A DNA stretch of 63,104 bases, the filler included. It is 7 parts of 7 records of this genome, joined end to end, with 100 filler letters (N's around TTAATTAATTAA, not from the genome) between each part and the next. Parts side by side here need not be neighbours in the genome. Positions count along the whole stretch, not along the records: positions 8,436 to 14,442 come from SRR20825010_1573; positions 14,543 to 35,249 come from SRR20825010_1579; 5 more parts are not named here. The stretch is one strand, 5' to 3'. Both the position numbers and the translations under genes were made by a program. Positions 10,167 through 22,844 of the stretch are shown one piece after another. Below the pieces are notes generated by a model. It did not search any database. It saw only the letters and a program-made list of their open reading frames with translations, and was not told the origin of the DNA. Numbering within the stretch: the stretch's first letter is position 1; each line of letters starts with the position of its first letter.

Positions 10167-13100
10167 ATGTCTTATTTACGTATTTTCTGTCTGTTGTCTG
10201 TTTTCTCCCTGCAGGCTTTGCCCCAAACAGCTGTGGCGCAAGCTGTTCGTAATGTAGGTTTTGAGCCGACGGCCTTCGCACTGACTGGAGCCCGCGTGGT
10301 CACTCAACCGGGAACCGTCCTGGAGAAAGCGACGGTACTCATTCGCGATGGCCTGATTGAAGAAGTCGGGACGGATCTGAAAATTCCTGCTGATGCAGAC
10401 ATGATCGACTGCGCGGGATTAGTGATTTACCCGGGATTCGTAGATGCCGCTTCCAGTGAATTGCTCAATAAGGATATCAAAGCCCCACAGCCGAGTGAGC
10501 GAAAAGTCGACTTTGGACGCTATGCCCTGGCAGCGACACGCCCCGATAATCGAAATTATCTCAGTCCGGAATTTCTGGCGAATGAAGCCGTTGTTCGCAA
10601 AAAGAACAGTTTCGAAAAATACCAGAAGGCCGGATTCACAGCCGTGCATCTGCTTCCACAGGGAAAGATCGCCAGTGGCCAGGGAACGTTGCTCTCAACC
10701 AGTGAGCTACCGGTCCGGGAAGCGACTCTGGTCAAATCGACCATGAGCGCCTTTCGTCTGTATGCACCCCATGGTGATGTTTATCCCACCACGTTGATGG
10801 GAGCACTCGCCCATTTACGTCAGACCTTATTAGATACACAGCATTACGAGCAGCACTGGGATCTGTATCAGGAACAGAGTGCTTTCATTAAACGCCCGCC
10901 GAGTGATCCTGCCTATGCAGAGTTGAAGGAAGTTCTGCATGGCAAGAAGGCGCCCGTGTTTACGGCTGACTCACGGGATGAGATTTTACGGACACTCGAT
11001 TTCTGTACGGAGTTCAATCTGAAACCGGTGATCTATGGTGGTGATGAAGCATACCTGTGTCTGGATCGATTGAAGAAAGAATCAGGTGGTTTGATTCTGC
11101 GGCTGAACATTCCTGAGAAGCCGGAAGTAAAAGAACCAGAAGATGAGAAAAAACTGACGACCAAATTTGCTGATCCCGTTCGCGTCCAGCAGGAAAAACA
11201 CCGCCTCTGGAAAAAACAGATTCAGGGACTGAGCCAGCTGGCAGAGAGCGGGTTACCGATTGCAGTCTCTTCAGAATCGATGAAAAAACATGTCGAAGAT
11301 ATTCTGCCACAACTGCGAGTCGCAGTGAAAGAGGGCCTGTCAGCAGATCAGGCTTTGCGTTTTCTGACGGTCGATGCAGCGACTCTGCTGGGCATGGAAT
11401 CACGTCTGGGGACAATTGATGCAGGCAAACTGGCGCATCTGACCGTGATGTCCGGTCCCTGGGAAAAGAGCGAAACGAAAGTGCGATACCTGTTTGTAGA
11501 TGGTCTCAAGATGGATTTTGAAGAGAAGAAGCAGGAAGATAAAGAGGACAAGCCTGAATCCGGGTCGAAAGAGAAACCGGAACCTGCGACTGTCGATTTA
11601 GCCGGCCAGTGGGGTGTGGAAATTCAGTCAGCTCAGGGCAAAGTGATTGGTCAGCTGCAGCTCGCGCAGGAAAAGACTGTCTTGCGAGGCACGTTTTCCA
11701 GTGAAAAGGGGGACGGCAAAGTCACTTCCGGTAAAATCGAAAAAGCACAGTTTGAATTCACCGTGGCCATTGGTGCCGGCGAGCATTCGATAGAACTGCA
11801 GTTTAAAGGCGAACTGGGGAAAGAGTTGAAGCCGGAAACGATATCCGGAAAATTGAAGTCGGCTTTCGGGACAGAAACGCAATGGTCGGCCGTACGCAAA
11901 GTGAAAACCGTGGAACCGGTCTCTGAGAATCCGATCCAGCTCTCGCTGGAGGGAATGGACGACGGTGATGGTCTGCTGGCCGATTCTGACAGTGAAGTCC
12001 TGGTGGCAGAAAAACCGGTTTTAAAAAACGAAAACCGCCCCAACCTGCATCAGTTTAATACGGAACTGAAGGCAGACCGCATCAGCCAGGTTGCAAACAC
12101 AGGTGGAAATCTGCTGCTCAAAAACGGGACGGTGATTACTGTTACTGGAGAAACGATGCCGCAGACATCGGTCCTGGTGAAAAATGGAAAGATCGCGGCG
12201 ATTGGCGACGACCTCAATGTGCCTGAGCAAACGACTATCATTGATGTCACCGGTCTGTATGTGATGCCGGGCATCATTGATACACACAGTCATATCATGA
12301 TCACGGAGGGGATCAACGAGTATTCACAGTCGATTGTTCCCGAAGTCCGCGTTCGTGATGTTGTGAATACAGCAGATCCGTCCGAGTACCGGGCTTTAGC
12401 AGGGGGAGTGACTGCCGCGCGATTGTTTCATGGTTCGGCCAACGTGATTGGCGGTCAGGATGCGGTTGTGAAACTCAAGCACGGCAAGTCAGCCCGGGAG
12501 CATATTCTGCACGATGCTCCTCAGGGAGTGAAATTTGCGCTGGGGGAAAACGTCAAATATCGTACTTCGCGTTTTCCCAATACCCGCATGGGGGTTGAAG
12601 CGACGTTGCAACGCGCATTTCTGGAAGCCATTGATTACCGTCGACAGTGGCAGGAGTACGAAAAATTACAGAAAAATGAACCGGACATCAAACGGCTGGC
12701 TCCGCGACGGGATCTGCGGCTGGAAGCGCTGGCAGACATTGTGAACCATGAAAAGTTTATCCATTCGCACTGTTATCGCGCTGATGAAATCCTGATGTTG
12801 TTGCGGGTGGCGTCCAACTTGGGTATTCGCGTCTGGTCGCTGCAGCACGTCCTGGAAGGTTATAAGATTGCACCCGAGATTCTGGCCCACGGCGCCAGCT
12901 GCAGTACCTTTTCGGACTGGTGGGCTTATAAAATCGAAGCCTTCGATGCGGTTCCTTATAATGCGGCCCTGCTGAATGAAGCAGGAATTAATACGGTCAT
13001 CAAAAGTGATGACTGGGAACTGATCCGGCATCTGTATCTGGAAGCTGCCAAGACCGTTCGCTATGGAAACATGTCGTTCAATGATGCACTGCGTACCATC

Positions 13101-14442
13101 ACAATCAATCCAGCCAGGGAACTGGGGCTCGACCAGCAGATCGGTTCGATTGAAATCGGTAAAGATGGTGACTTCGCTGTTTTCAACGGGCATCCCCTGA
13201 ATGCCTACTCGCGCTGTGAGATGACCATCATCGAGGGGGAAGTCTATTTTGATCGCATGCAGCAGCCGACTGCAATGACAGAGTCGGCAGAGCGGCGATC
13301 CAAGACACCACAAGTTTCGATAGCCGCACAGACCGATGCAAAACTGGAATTCCCGGCGGAAGAATTGACTGAGTATGCGATTACGGGCGCGACACTGCAT
13401 CCGATTGATCGGAGTGACATCGTCAAGGGGACGATCATTGTCAAAGACAAAAAGATTACGTATGCAGGGGCTGCCAAAACGCTGCCTGCAGAGATGACAG
13501 TGATTGATGCAGCAGGCTTACATGTCTATCCGGGGATGATTGATTCTGGTTCCACATTAGGATTAACGGAAATCGATAAAGTCCGTGAAACACGCGACTA
13601 TGCCGAAAGTGGTGATCTGCAGCCCGATCTGCGGACCGGAGTGGCGATTAATCCCGATTCCGAACTGTTTCCCGTGGCTCGTGCGGGGGGGATTACGACG
13701 GTGTTAGTCAGTCCGCAGTCTGGTCTGATCTCCGGCCAGGCTTCCCTCGTGCAGACCGCAGGCTGGACTGCACCCGAAATGGTGATGGAACTGGAAGCGG
13801 GTTTGCAGATTGACTGGAGTACCAAACAGGAACGCCAGGATGAACTGAAGGAGTTTATCAAGCAGGCACGCCTGTATCAGAAGCTGAAGCAGCAGACTAA
13901 AGAAAAAGGAACACGGGAGCCGGTGACAGATCCCCGGTATGAAGCGTTGATTCCCTATCTGCAACAAAAGAAACCAGTATTTATCGAAGCGAATTCGCGC
14001 GAAGCGATTGCAGGTGCCCTGCTCTTTGCAGAAGAGGAAAAACTGCGGATTGTGATTACCGGCGGTGCGGCTGCCTGGAAGTTGGCGGATGAGTTGAAGC
14101 AGCGGAAAGTTTCGGTGATCGTCGGGCCTGTGATGCAGAAGCCACAGGACGACTATGATCCTTTTGATGCACCCTATGCGAATCCGGGGCACCTGTATGA
14201 TGCGGGAGTTCCATTTTGTATTCGTTCTCACAGTGCCTGGAATTCGCGCAATACACCGTTTGAAGCAGCGATGGCTGTCGCATACGGCCTGCCTGAACAG
14301 GCGGCTTTGCGATCTGTCACACTTTCTGCTGCGGAAATTCTGGGAATCGACAGTCAGGTCGGATCTCTGACAGCGGGCAAACTGGCGAACCTGATTATCG
14401 CCGACGGTTCGCCGCTGCAACATACCTCACATATCAAAGCGG
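10167..14442 (+). CDS. Large secreted protein with three tandem amidohydrolase-family modules (3' truncated)
   Basis: Signal peptide; three 'PG.ID' entry motifs (YPGFVDA, MPGIIDTHSH, YPGMIDSGS) each ending in a G...GK.A/GN/D/H tail. Confidence 0.85.
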
Positions 14443-14542
14443 NNNNNNNNNNNNNNNNNNNNNNNNNNNNNNNNNNNNNNNNNNNNTTAATTAATTAANN
14501 NNNNNNNNNNNNNNNNNNNNNNNNNNNNNNNNNNNNNNNNNN
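14443..14542. other. Artificial contig spacer
   Basis: N44-TTAATTAATTAA-N44. Confidence 0.99.
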
Positions 14543-14579
14543 ATCGGTTGGGATGCCATGTGGAACATGGCCGCAACCT

Positions 14580-14665
14580 GTGGCACGGCGGTCTCCGCCG
14601 TGAATTTCTCCTCAGCATCCGGCAACGCACCCCTCACGGTCCGAATTCTTGGCGAATTCGGCTAC
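14580..14665. repeat. Two REP-like hairpins (GTGG-headed at 14580-14602 on +, GTAG-headed at 14641-14665 on -)
   Basis: GTGG-CACGGCGG-TCT-CCGCCGTG and reverse-strand GTAG-CCGAATTC-GCCAA-GAATTCGG. Confidence 0.7.
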
Positions 14666-14686
14666 ATCTTTGATCCGGCTGCATCT

Positions 14687-15523
14687 TTATGCGTCCAATC
14701 CATACGCCTTGATCGCGTTGCCGGCGAAGAAGGCTGCTTGTTCGTCTTCGCTCAATTCCGAGGCGAGTTGGCGAACGGTGTCCAGCCATTGTTTGTGGCC
14801 GGTTCTGAGCAAGCACACGGGCCAGTCGCTGCCAAACATCAGACGCTTCGGGCCAAACGCTTCCAGGGCCACGTCCCAGTACGGGCGGATGGTTTCGATG
14901 TCCCAGTCCGCGTCGCGAACTTCAGTGGCGACGCCGGAAAATTTGCAGGTCAGGTGTTCGCGGCGAGCGAGTTCTCTGAAGTGCGGTTCCCACTGGGGAT
15001 CCATCGTGCCGCCTGAGATCGTTGGCTTGGCAATGTGATCGACCACCATCGGCAAACTTGCGTGGCGGTCAGCGAAATCGATCGCAGCGGGAAGTTGTTT
15101 GGCGAAGATCAGAATGTCATAGACCAAGTTGTGTTGGCCCAGCAGCGAGACGCCGTGGTTGAACGCTTCACCATCGAGAAAGCGGTCATCCGGTTCGTCT
15201 TGGACAACATGTCGCATGCCGACCAGTTTTCCGCGTCCCGAGACGGATTCCAACTGAGATTCGATGTCGGGATCCGCCAGTCCGATCCAGCCGACCACGC
15301 CGCGAATCAGGGGCTCTTCGCCCGCGATTTTTAGCAGGTCGTCGGTTTCCTGCATCGACTGGCGAGCTTGAACGCTGACGAAGCCATCGACTCCGCTCTC
15401 GCTGGCAATTTCGCGAAGTTGAGCGGCGAGGAAGTCCTGGCGAAGGACGCTCATGTCGTCGCTGATCCAGCCGTATTCTGCCGGATCATAGGCCCATAGG
15501 TGGTGGTGCGAATCGATCAACAT
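14687..15523 (-). CDS. Amidohydrolase_2 family protein (sugar lactonase, L-fucono-1,5-lactonase-like)
   Basis: IDSHHHLW, GMRH, DHIAKP, KFSG, FGSDWPV; start reassigned to MLIDSHHH. Confidence 0.85.
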   Translation of the reverse strand: MLIDSHHHLWAYDPAEYGWISDDMSVLRQDFLAAQLREIASESGVDGFVSVQARQSMQETDDLLKIAGEEPLIRGVVGWIGLADPDIESQLESVSGRGKLVGMRHVVQDEPDDRFLDGEAFNHGVSLLGQHNLVYDILIFAKQLPAAIDFADRHASLPMVVDHIAKPTISGGTMDPQWEPHFRELARREHLTCKFSGVATEVRDADWDIETIRPYWDVALEAFGPKRLMFGSDWPVCLLRTGHKQWLDTVRQLASELSEDEQAAFFAGNAIKAYGLDA

Positions 15524-15694
15524 GATGATTTTCTCTATAGAGAAATGTGGTGTGGGGAAGGTGTTCGCGTGGCAGAACGCGCGTGAACCACATCCTATCT
15601 CGCAACGCCAGCATGGGAACCTGAAGGCAGGTTGGAGTGTCCTGCTCGAACGGCAGAATGGTCCCTGACGGGCCGCTGCCGGTCCCACGCTCAC

Positions 15695-15718
15695 TTCGGT
15701 GGAGGGCCACCGAGATAC
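15695..15718 (-). repeat. REP-like hairpin
   Basis: Reverse strand GTAT-CTCGGTGG-CCCT-CCACCGAA, nearly identical to 52595-52619. Confidence 0.65.
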
Positions 15719-15878
15719 GGTTGCACTCGTCACCCCATTTGAAAATTGCGTTCGTCTCTGCCGTTCGGGTTGCTCGTTTGTTGGTAGGCGACGAAGATAA
15801 CGGTTCAAAGGTGCGGGAAAACAGAGTCTTTTCTCACCCTCTTTGATTTTCATCCCTTCGCCTGCTTTTGGGTTATCC

Positions 15879-18800
15879 ATGTTGCAAGCCACGTCGACTG
15901 ATCAGCTTCTCGCCGAACTCATCCGCGAACGCATTTTGATGCTCGATGGTGCGATGGGGACGATGATCCAGCGATTGGAATTGGATGAAGCGGCGGTGCG
16001 TAGCGACCGGTTCGCGGACCATCACAAAGACCTGAAGAACTTCTCGGACATCCTTTGTCTGACGCACCCTGAGAAGATCACCGAGATCCACTCCAAGTAC
16101 TACGAAGCGGGCAGCGACATCGTCGAAACGAACTCGTTTGGTGCTTCGCCGATCGGGATGGTCGAGTTCGATCTTCCGCTGGAGCTGGTCAACGAGATCA
16201 ACGTCGCCGCGGTCGCGTGCGCTCGCAAAGCCGCGGATCAATGGACCGAGAAGACACCCGACAAGCCTCGGTTTGTCGCCGGTTCGATTGGTCCGACGAC
16301 GATGCAGCTTGCCATCAGCACCGATGTCGAGGACGCGGCCTTCCGAGCGACCACGTTCGACAAATTGGCCGACAGTTACTACGCCCAAGTGAAGTCGCTG
16401 TGCGAAGCCGGCGTGGACATCTTGCTGCCCGAAACCGCCATCGACACGCTGAACCTGAAGTCATGCCTGTTTGCGATTCAGCGTTACTTTGACGAAGGTG
16501 GTCGGCGGGTTCCCGTGATGGTGTCGGGAACCTTCGACAAGGGCGGGCGAACGTTTGTCAGCGGTCAAAGCGTGGAGGCCTTTGTCACCGCGCTATCGCA
16601 CTTCCCCGTGTTGTCGGTTGGGATGAACTGCGCGCTCGGGCCAGACATCATGCGTCCGCACGTCGAAGAAATGTCCAAGGCGACTGGGCTACCGATCAGT
16701 TGCCACCCCAACGCCGGGTTGCCCAACGAGATGGGCGCGTTTGACTTGGACCCCAAGCCAATGGCCGAGATCGTTGGTGAGTACGCCGACAATGGTTGGA
16801 TCAACATTCTCGGCGGATGCTGCGGTACCACTCCCGATCACATTCGGGCGATGACCGAACGGGTCCAAGGTTGCAAACCCAAGCAAGAAGACAAGAGCGG
16901 TCCGGTTTGGACTCGTTTGTCAGGTCAATTGCCAATGGTGATGCGTCCTGAGATTCCCTTCACGATGGTCGGTGAACGCACCAACGTGACGGGCAGTCGC
17001 AAGTTCGCTCGTTTGATTCGCAACGAAGAGTACGACGAAGCCGTTGAGGTTGCTCGCGAGCAAGTTGAGAACGGTGCGACGATCATCGACGTGAACTTCG
17101 ATGATGCGTTGCTCGATGGTGTCGAAGCCATGACGCGGTTCCTGCGTTTGATTGCGGGTGACTCCGTTGTGGCCGCCGTTCCGGTGATGATCGACAGCAG
17201 TCGCTGGGAAGTCATTGAGGCTGGTCTGCAAAACGTGCAGGGCAAAGCGATCGTCAACTCAATCTCTCTGAAGGACGGCGAGGAAGAGTTCCTGCGTCGT
17301 GCAAGGTTGGTGCGCCAGTATGGTGCGGCAACCGTCGTGATGGCATTTGACGAAGAAGGCCAAGCCGCCGACGAAGACAACAAGGTCCGAATCTGCAAAC
17401 GGGCGTATGACTTGTTGGTCAACGAAGTCCATTTCCCACCTGAAGACATCATTTTTGACCCCAATATCCTGACCGTTGCGACGGGGATGGAGGAGCATAA
17501 CAACTACGCGGTTGATTTCGTCAACGCGGTTGAGCGGATCAAGAAAGAATGTCCCGGTGCGAAGACCAGCGGCGGTGTCAGCAACATCAGCTTCAGTTTC
17601 CGTGGCAACGATCCAGTTCGCGAAGCCATCCACAGTGCGTTTCTGTACCGAGCGGTGAAAGCCGGTTTGGACATGGGGATCGTCAATGCGGGGCAGTTGG
17701 AAGTTTACGAAGAGATCCCGAAGGACTTGCTTGAGCATGTCGAGGATGTGCTTTGGAATCGTCGTGATGACGCGACCGATCGGATGTTGGAATTCGCAGA
17801 GACGGTCAAAGGCAGCGGCAAGAAAAAGTCCGGCGAAGACCTGACTTGGCGAGAGAACTCGATCGAAGAACGGATGAAGCATGCTCTGATCAAGGGCATC
17901 GACAAGTACATCGTCGAGGATACAGAAGAGGCTCGCCAGCACTACGACAAATGCTTGCACATCATCGAAGGTCCATTGATGGCTGGCATGAGCGTGGTCG
18001 GTGATTTGTTCGGCCAAGGCAAAATGTTCTTGCCTCAGGTCGTGAAGTCCGCACGCGTGATGAAGAAAGCGGTCGCTTATCTTGAACCGTTCATGGAACA
18101 GGAAAAAATTGAGTCCGGAACGCAAGATCACAAGGCCCGCGGCAAGTTCCTGATCGCGACGGTCAAAGGCGACGTGCATGACATCGGCAAAAACATCGTC
18201 GGTGTGGTGCTGCAGTGCAACAACTACGAGGTGATTGACTTGGGCGTGATGGTTTCCAGTGAGAAAATCCTGGAGGAAGCCGTCAAGCAAGACGCCGACA
18301 TGATCGGTTTGTCGGGGCTGATCACACCCAGCCTCGATGAGATGGTTCACGTCGCACGTGAGATGAAACGTATTGGGATGAAGAAGCCTTTGTTGGTCGG
18401 TGGTGCAACAACCAGTGCCAAGCACACGGCGGTTCGGATCGCACCGGCTTACGATGGTCCGGTGCTGCATGTCTTGGACGCCAGTCGCAGTGTGGGTGTC
18501 GTGGAGAAGTTGCTCAGCGACGATTCGCGGGATGCATTTTTGGAAGCCAATGTCAGCGAACAAGAGAAACTGGTTAGCAGTTTTCGCGAACGCAAACAGA
18601 CTTTGGTTCCTTATGAACAAGCTCTCGAGAAACGGTTCCAAACGGATTGGGAAACGGTTCGAATCGACCAACCGGAGTTCATTGGAACGAAGGTTCTTGA
18701 GGACTTCCCGCTTGCAACGCTTCGCGAATACATCGATTGGTCGCCGTATTTCATGACTTGGGAACTGAAGGGCAAGTACCCGAAGATCTTCCAAGACGAA

Positions 18801-19583
18801 ACCGTCGGTCCGATCGCAAAAGAGGTGTTCGAGAAAGCGAACAAGATGCTTGACCGAGTCATCGATGAAAAGCTGATCCGAGCCAAAGGCGTGTATGGTT
18901 TCTGGCCAGCGGCATCGGACGGCGATGACATCATCGTTTACACCGACGAGTCTCGCACCGAAGAACGCACGCGATTCCATTGCCTGCGTCAGCAGTGGGA
19001 GCGTCGCGGGCAAAAGGATTTTCGCTCGCTGGCCGACTACATCGCCCCAGTCGATAGTGGTCGCAAGGACTACCTCGGTGGCTTTGCCGTGACCGCTGGA
19101 TTGGGTGCGGAAGAATTGTCGATGCGATTTAAAAAGGAGCTGGATGACGAGAATTCGATCATTGCTTCGGCGGTGGCCGATCGTTGTGCGGAAGCCTTCG
19201 CGGAATACTTGCATCAACAAGTCCGCCAGCAATGGCAATACGGCAAGGAAGAGAACCTGTCCAACGAGGACATGATCGCGGAGAAGTATCGCGGCATTCG
19301 GCCGGCGGCTGGCTATCCTGCGTGTCCCGATCACACGGAGAAGCGAACGCTGTTTGACTTGTTGGAAGCCGAGAAGAACACCGGAATCAATCTGACCGAG
19401 AGCTATGCGATGTCGCCGGGAGCCAGTGTCAGCGGTTTGTACTTCTCACACCCCGATGCCAAATACTTCACCGTCGACCGAATGACGAAGGATCAAATCG
19501 AATCGTATGCGGCTCGCAAGGGCTGGCCGATTTCGGAAGTCGAGCGTTGGTTGTCACCCAACTTGGCGTATGACCCATCCTGA
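15879..19583 (+). CDS. metH: Cobalamin-dependent methionine synthase
   Basis: LDGAMGT, GGCCGT Zn site, [18 protein letters not shown]12-binding motif, [12 protein letters not shown]. Confidence 0.98.
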   Translation: MLQATSTDQLLAELIRERILMLDGAMGTMIQRLELDEAAVRSDRFADHHKDLKNFSDILCLTHPEKITEIHSKYYEAGSDIVETNSFGASPIGMVEFDLPLELVNEINVAAVACARKAADQWTEKTPDKPRFVAGSIGPTTMQLAISTDVEDAAFRATTFDKLADSYYAQVKSLCEAGVDILLPETAIDTLNLKSCLFAIQRYFDEGGRRVPVMVSGTFDKGGRTFVSGQSVEAFVTALSHFPVLSVGMNCALGPDIMRPHVEEMSKATGLPISCHPNAGLPNEMGAFDLDPKPMAEIVGEYADNGWINILGGCCGTTPDHIRAMTERVQGCKPKQEDKSGPVWTRLSGQLPMVMRPEIPFTMVGERTNVTGSRKFARLIRNEEYDEAVEVAREQVENGATIIDVNFDDALLDGVEAMTRFLRLIAGDSVVAAVPVMIDSSRWEVIEAGLQNVQGKAIVNSISLKDGEEEFLRRARLVRQYGAATVVMAFDEEGQAADEDNKVRICKRAYDLLVNEVHFPPEDIIFDPNILTVATGMEEHNNYAVDFVNAVERIKKECPGAKTSGGVSNISFSFRGNDPVREAIHSAFLYRAVKAGLDMGIVNAGQLEVYEEIPKDLLEHVEDVLWNRRDDATDRMLEFAETVKGSGKKKSGEDLTWRENSIEERMKHALIKGIDKYIVEDTEEARQHYDKCLHIIEGPLMAGMSVVGDLFGQGKMFLPQVVKSARVMKKAVAYLEPFMEQEKIESGTQDHKARGKFLIATVKGDVHDIGKNIVGVVLQCNNYEVIDLGVMVSSEKILEEAVKQDADMIGLSGLITPSLDEMVHVAREMKRIGMKKPLLVGGATTSAKHTAVRIAPAYDGPVLHVLDASRSVGVVEKLLSDDSRDAFLEANVSEQEKLVSSFRERKQTLVPYEQALEKRFQTDWETVRIDQPEFIGTKVLEDFPLATLREYIDWSPYFMTWELKGKYPKIFQDETVGPIAKEVFEKANKMLDRVIDEKLIRAKGVYGFWPAASDGDDIIVYTDESRTEERTRFHCLRQQWERRGQKDFRSLADYIAPVDSGRKDYLGGFAVTAGLGAEELSMRFKKELDDENSIIASAVADRCAEAFAEYLHQQVRQQWQYGKEENLSNEDMIAEKYRGIRPAAGYPACPDHTEKRTLFDLLEAEKNTGINLTESYAMSPGASVSGLYFSHPDAKYFTVDRMTKDQIESYAARKGWPISEVERWLSPNLAYDPS

Positions 19584-20898
19584 ACGCCGGTGGCTGTGGT
19601 TGGTCAGTGGGAGCATCCTCGCATTTTTAGTGCGAGGTTCGATCGTGCTGGCCAAACTGGATTCGTTGGATGCGGATCCTGATGCTTATCGAGTGATCGC
19701 GGAGACACTGGCCCAAACCGGTACATTCGGTTTGATGGGCGAAAGTGAAGTGGCGACCCCGACCGCGTTTCGACCGCCGTTGTACCCGTGGTTGCTTTCG
19801 TTTTTCGTCGATGCGGATGGCAATTTGGCCTCTGGTTGGGTGGCTGTTTTGCACGTCGTTTTAGGCGTGTTGACGGTTGGTTTGACGTGGGACATCGCTC
19901 GCAGGTGGTGGTCCGAGCGAGTTGCTTGGATCGCAGCGGCACTGGCGACGATTGATCCGATGCTGCTGTGGCAATCGACTCTGGTGATGACAGAGACCAT
20001 CGCTACGGCACTGACCGCGATGGTTTGGTGGTGGTGGGTGGCGAGGATGAACCCCAATCCCGCTGTTGTCACATTGGACGACGGTGACCCAGTCAATTCA
20101 TGTGACCGATCACCTTCGCGACCGATCATTGATGCCGTTGTCTTTGGCGGATTGTTGTCGCTCACCGTGTTATGCCGGCCGACGTTCTTGGTTTGGGCGG
20201 CGATGTTGATTCCGGCGTTGTTTTTCATCGGTCCGAGTTGTCGGACAAGGCGATTGGCCCGTGTCGGCGTCGTGGGTTTGATTCTCGTTGCAACCGTTGG
20301 ACTGTGGACGTTGAGGAATGTGTCACAGCTTGGTCACCCGATTTGGGCGACCACTCATGGTGGCTACACATTGCTGCTGGCCAACAACGATTCGTTTTAT
20401 GACTCGTTGGACAGCTCATCGATTGGATGGAAACCTTGGGAGCGCACGCCGTGGGATCCGTGCGAATTCTTCGCTGAGTACGAAGCTCGTGAAAGGGGGA
20501 TCGACGAGGTCTCGGATGATCGAGTGGCCTACGAGATGGCCAAGTCCACCATCTCGAATCGGCCGGCGATGTTTGCTTGGTCGTGCATCGTTCGGGCGAC
20601 GAGTCTTTGGCATCCGTTTCCTGCTCGCACGCCCAATCGATCGATGATGATCGTGCTGGTGATCGGGCTGTATCAGACGGGACTGTTGTGCATGGCTGTG
20701 TTGGGAATTGCCAAGCACTGGCGTTCGTGGTGGCATCCCAACGCTTGGCCTGCGTTCGCGATGTTGATCACGCTGACCGCGGTGCACAGTGTGTACTGGA
20801 GCAACCCACGGATGCGTTCACCGGTCATTCCCATGTTGGCCGTGGCCGCCGCGTGTTGCATGGTGCCGAGGCAAGCGGATCAAACCAAACCGACGTAG
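19570..20898 (+). CDS. GT-C fold membrane glycosyltransferase (ArnT/PMT-like)
   Basis: [13 protein letters not shown], multiple TMs, MTET, LCRP; start reassigned to MTHPE, overlapping the metH stop. Confidence 0.7.
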   Translation: MTHPERRWLWLVSGSILAFLVRGSIVLAKLDSLDADPDAYRVIAETLAQTGTFGLMGESEVATPTAFRPPLYPWLLSFFVDADGNLASGWVAVLHVVLGVLTVGLTWDIARRWWSERVAWIAAALATIDPMLLWQSTLVMTETIATALTAMVWWWWVARMNPNPAVVTLDDGDPVNSCDRSPSRPIIDAVVFGGLLSLTVLCRPTFLVWAAMLIPALFFIGPSCRTRRLARVGVVGLILVATVGLWTLRNVSQLGHPIWATTHGGYTLLLANNDSFYDSLDSSSIGWKPWERTPWDPCEFFAEYEARERGIDEVSDDRVAYEMAKSTISNRPAMFAWSCIVRATSLWHPFPARTPNRSMMIVLVIGLYQTGLLCMAVLGIAKHWRSWWHPNAWPAFAMLITLTAVHSVYWSNPRMRSPVIPMLAVAAACCMVPRQADQTKPT

Positions 20899-21116
20899 CC
20901 GGATTCCCCCAGAATACGGGCGCTCAAAATCACAACCCGCTGCGTCAGCAAGGTCGTTCAGTGTCCGTCCGAAATCTGGCGATTCCAGCTACGGTGAAAG
21001 GGGATCGTTGCTCCACTCAGCCGACGGCCGTTAGGCCCGGTTCTCGTCCGGTGAATTCCGGACGATGGCGATCCAGATCGGTTCAAGTGAGGCCTTGCTA
21101 ACGCGGCGGGTTATGA
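20895..21116. repeat. Interleaved REP/REPIN-like cluster between convergent genes
   Basis: Inverted GTAG hairpin pair 20895-20919 / 20969-20992 and inverted pair TCAYAACCCGCYGCGTYAGCAAGG at 20930-20953 / 21093-21116. Confidence 0.75.
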
Positions 21117-21142
21117 ACGGGGGGCCGAGTTCTTTGATTGGA

Positions 21143-22837
21143 TCAGCGTTGTTCGAGCAGCGATCGTTGGCGTTCGTATTTGTAGCCAGGTACGAAGAAG
21201 CACCCCGCTGCAACGATGCCAAAGATCAAGTGAGCAGCGGATGGGAACACCGCCATCGCCACCGAGGTTGCGAGCAAGAGCACGGTTTGAATGTAAAACG
21301 CTCCGCTCAGCATGCCGGCTTTGATCAGGAAGACCATGGCAGTGATCACACCCAACATGGGCGCCAATCGCAGTGGTTCCAGTCCAATCCACCATTCCAA
21401 CGGAAACAGCAAGGCCGTCGCAATCAGGCTGGCGCCCCAGACGTGAGCGACTTGCCGTTCGATAAACGTGACCGGTCCCATGCGTTGACGCAGTTTCCAG
21501 AACACGGCGGCCCAGGCACTCAGCCCGATCACCCACACCGCGATGTAGATCGACCGCTCAGTGATTCCCGCGAGTGCCATTTGCCAAGTCAGCAAACTGG
21601 CAACCAACAGCACCAACGAATGCCACATCCAAAGGAGGCCCCATTTTTCGAGCACGGCCGCATGGTGTGTTTCGCGAAAGACTCTCGCGAGGACTTGGTT
21701 GAAGCGACCGCTGCGAGCGGAGACACGTTCGTCGGCGAGGTAGGCTTCGATGTCGTTGGCGAGGGCTTCCGCGGTCGGGTATCGCAAGTCGGCTGGTTTT
21801 TGCAGGCAACGAATCGTGATCATCTCGAGATCACGATCCAAACTTGGCCGCAAGGCTCGCGGAGGCGTGGGGTCTTGTTCCGTGACCAGCATCACCAGTT
21901 CCATCGGTGATTCCGCGACGAAGGGAGCTCGTCCGGTCAAAGCGAAGTAGAGCACGCAACCAAGGGAATACACATCACTGGCGGGACCGATGTCACCGCG
22001 ACGGCCGCCGGCTTGTTCGGGCGACATGTATGCGGGGGTGCCGACCAACATGCCGGTTCGGGTCAGGTCCATCTTGGCACCGACTTGTTTGGCCAACCCA
22101 AAATCCGTGATCATCGGTCGCCCGTCTTTGGCGATCAGGATGTTGCCCGGTTTGATGTCGCGGTGCAGGATGCCAGCTTGATGAGCCACCGCGACGGCTC
22201 GGGCGATTTCAGCGACCATGCGTGCCGCCTCGCGAGGTGCCATCGGTCCAGATGCAACCCGTTGGGCCAACGTTTGTCCTTCGATGAACTGCATGCTGAA
22301 GAACGGTCGTCCCTCGATGTCGCCGACTTCGTAAACCGGCACAATGCTGGGGTGATCCAAGGATGCGGTTGCCGCGGCTTCGGCCATGAAGCGTTGCAGA
22401 TCCGCGTCGCTCGCCAAGCGACCGCGAAGGATCATCTTGATTGCGACTTCACGGTCCAGCGATCTTTGGCGGGCACGAAAAACCACGCCCATGCCGCCAC
22501 GACCGACTTCTTCCAGCAAATCAAAGTCGCCGATGGTTGTCGGCAACCGAAGGCTACGCCAACGACTCGATGAGTCTTCGGCAATATCGGGGACATCCGG
22601 AACCATGGGTGCTTCATCGTAGGCGGTGCCAGCGGTGTCGGTGACCAACACGGCTCCCCACAATTGTTTCAAGTCATTTGCAAGCGTCGGATGCTGCTCA
22701 CAAATGGCGTGGAAGTCGACGACTTGGCCCTGGCAAACTTTGTCCGTCAGTTCCGCCAGCACATCGGCAAGGTATTGATCGTGCGTCCGAGCTTCATCGG
22801 ATGAGCCGGTGTGCGACGGGTCTGGTGAAGAGGCCAT
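21143..22837 (-). CDS. Hanks-type Ser/Thr protein kinase with C-terminal multi-TM domain
   Basis: GRGGMG, VAIK, HRDIKPGN, DFG, GTPAYMSPE; about six TM helices at the C-terminus; start probably MASSPD. Confidence 0.93.
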   Translation of the reverse strand: MASSPDPSHTGSSDEARTHDQYLADVLAELTDKVCQGQVVDFHAICEQHPTLANDLKQLWGAVLVTDTAGTAYDEAPMVPDVPDIAEDSSSRWRSLRLPTTIGDFDLLEEVGRGGMGVVFRARQRSLDREVAIKMILRGRLASDADLQRFMAEAAATASLDHPSIVPVYEVGDIEGRPFFSMQFIEGQTLAQRVASGPMAPREAARMVAEIARAVAVAHQAGILHRDIKPGNILIAKDGRPMITDFGLAKQVGAKMDLTRTGMLVGTPAYMSPEQAGGRRGDIGPASDVYSLGCVLYFALTGRAPFVAESPMELVMLVTEQDPTPPRALRPSLDRDLEMITIRCLQKPADLRYPTAEALANDIEAYLADERVSARSGRFNQVLARVFRETHHAAVLEKWGLLWMWHSLVLLVASLLTWQMALAGITERSIYIAVWVIGLSAWAAVFWKLRQRMGPVTFIERQVAHVWGASLIATALLFPLEWWIGLEPLRLAPMLGVITAMVFLIKAGMLSGAFYIQTVLLLATSVAMAVFPSAAHLIFGIVAAGCFFVPGYKYERQRSLLEQR

Positions 22838-22844
22838 CGAAGCC

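Noticed and set aside
15524-15878. Possible SAM or cobalamin riboswitch upstream of metH
   Set aside because: No recognisable conserved core seen; the clearest hairpin is a REP-like repeat. An Rfam scan would settle it.
15524-15892. Long N-terminal extensions in the ORF track (amidohydrolase, hemA to 26260, fhcA to 33702, methyltransferase from 52897)
   Set aside because: The extensions run through repeats or neighbouring genes, and family motifs begin at later Met codons.
17259-19334. 691-aa ORF antisense to metH, and similar long shadow ORFs (33899-35245, 38943-40031, 49079-50032)
   Set aside because: They lie opposite well-supported genes in GC-rich DNA and have no recognisable motifs; a codon-bias artefact.
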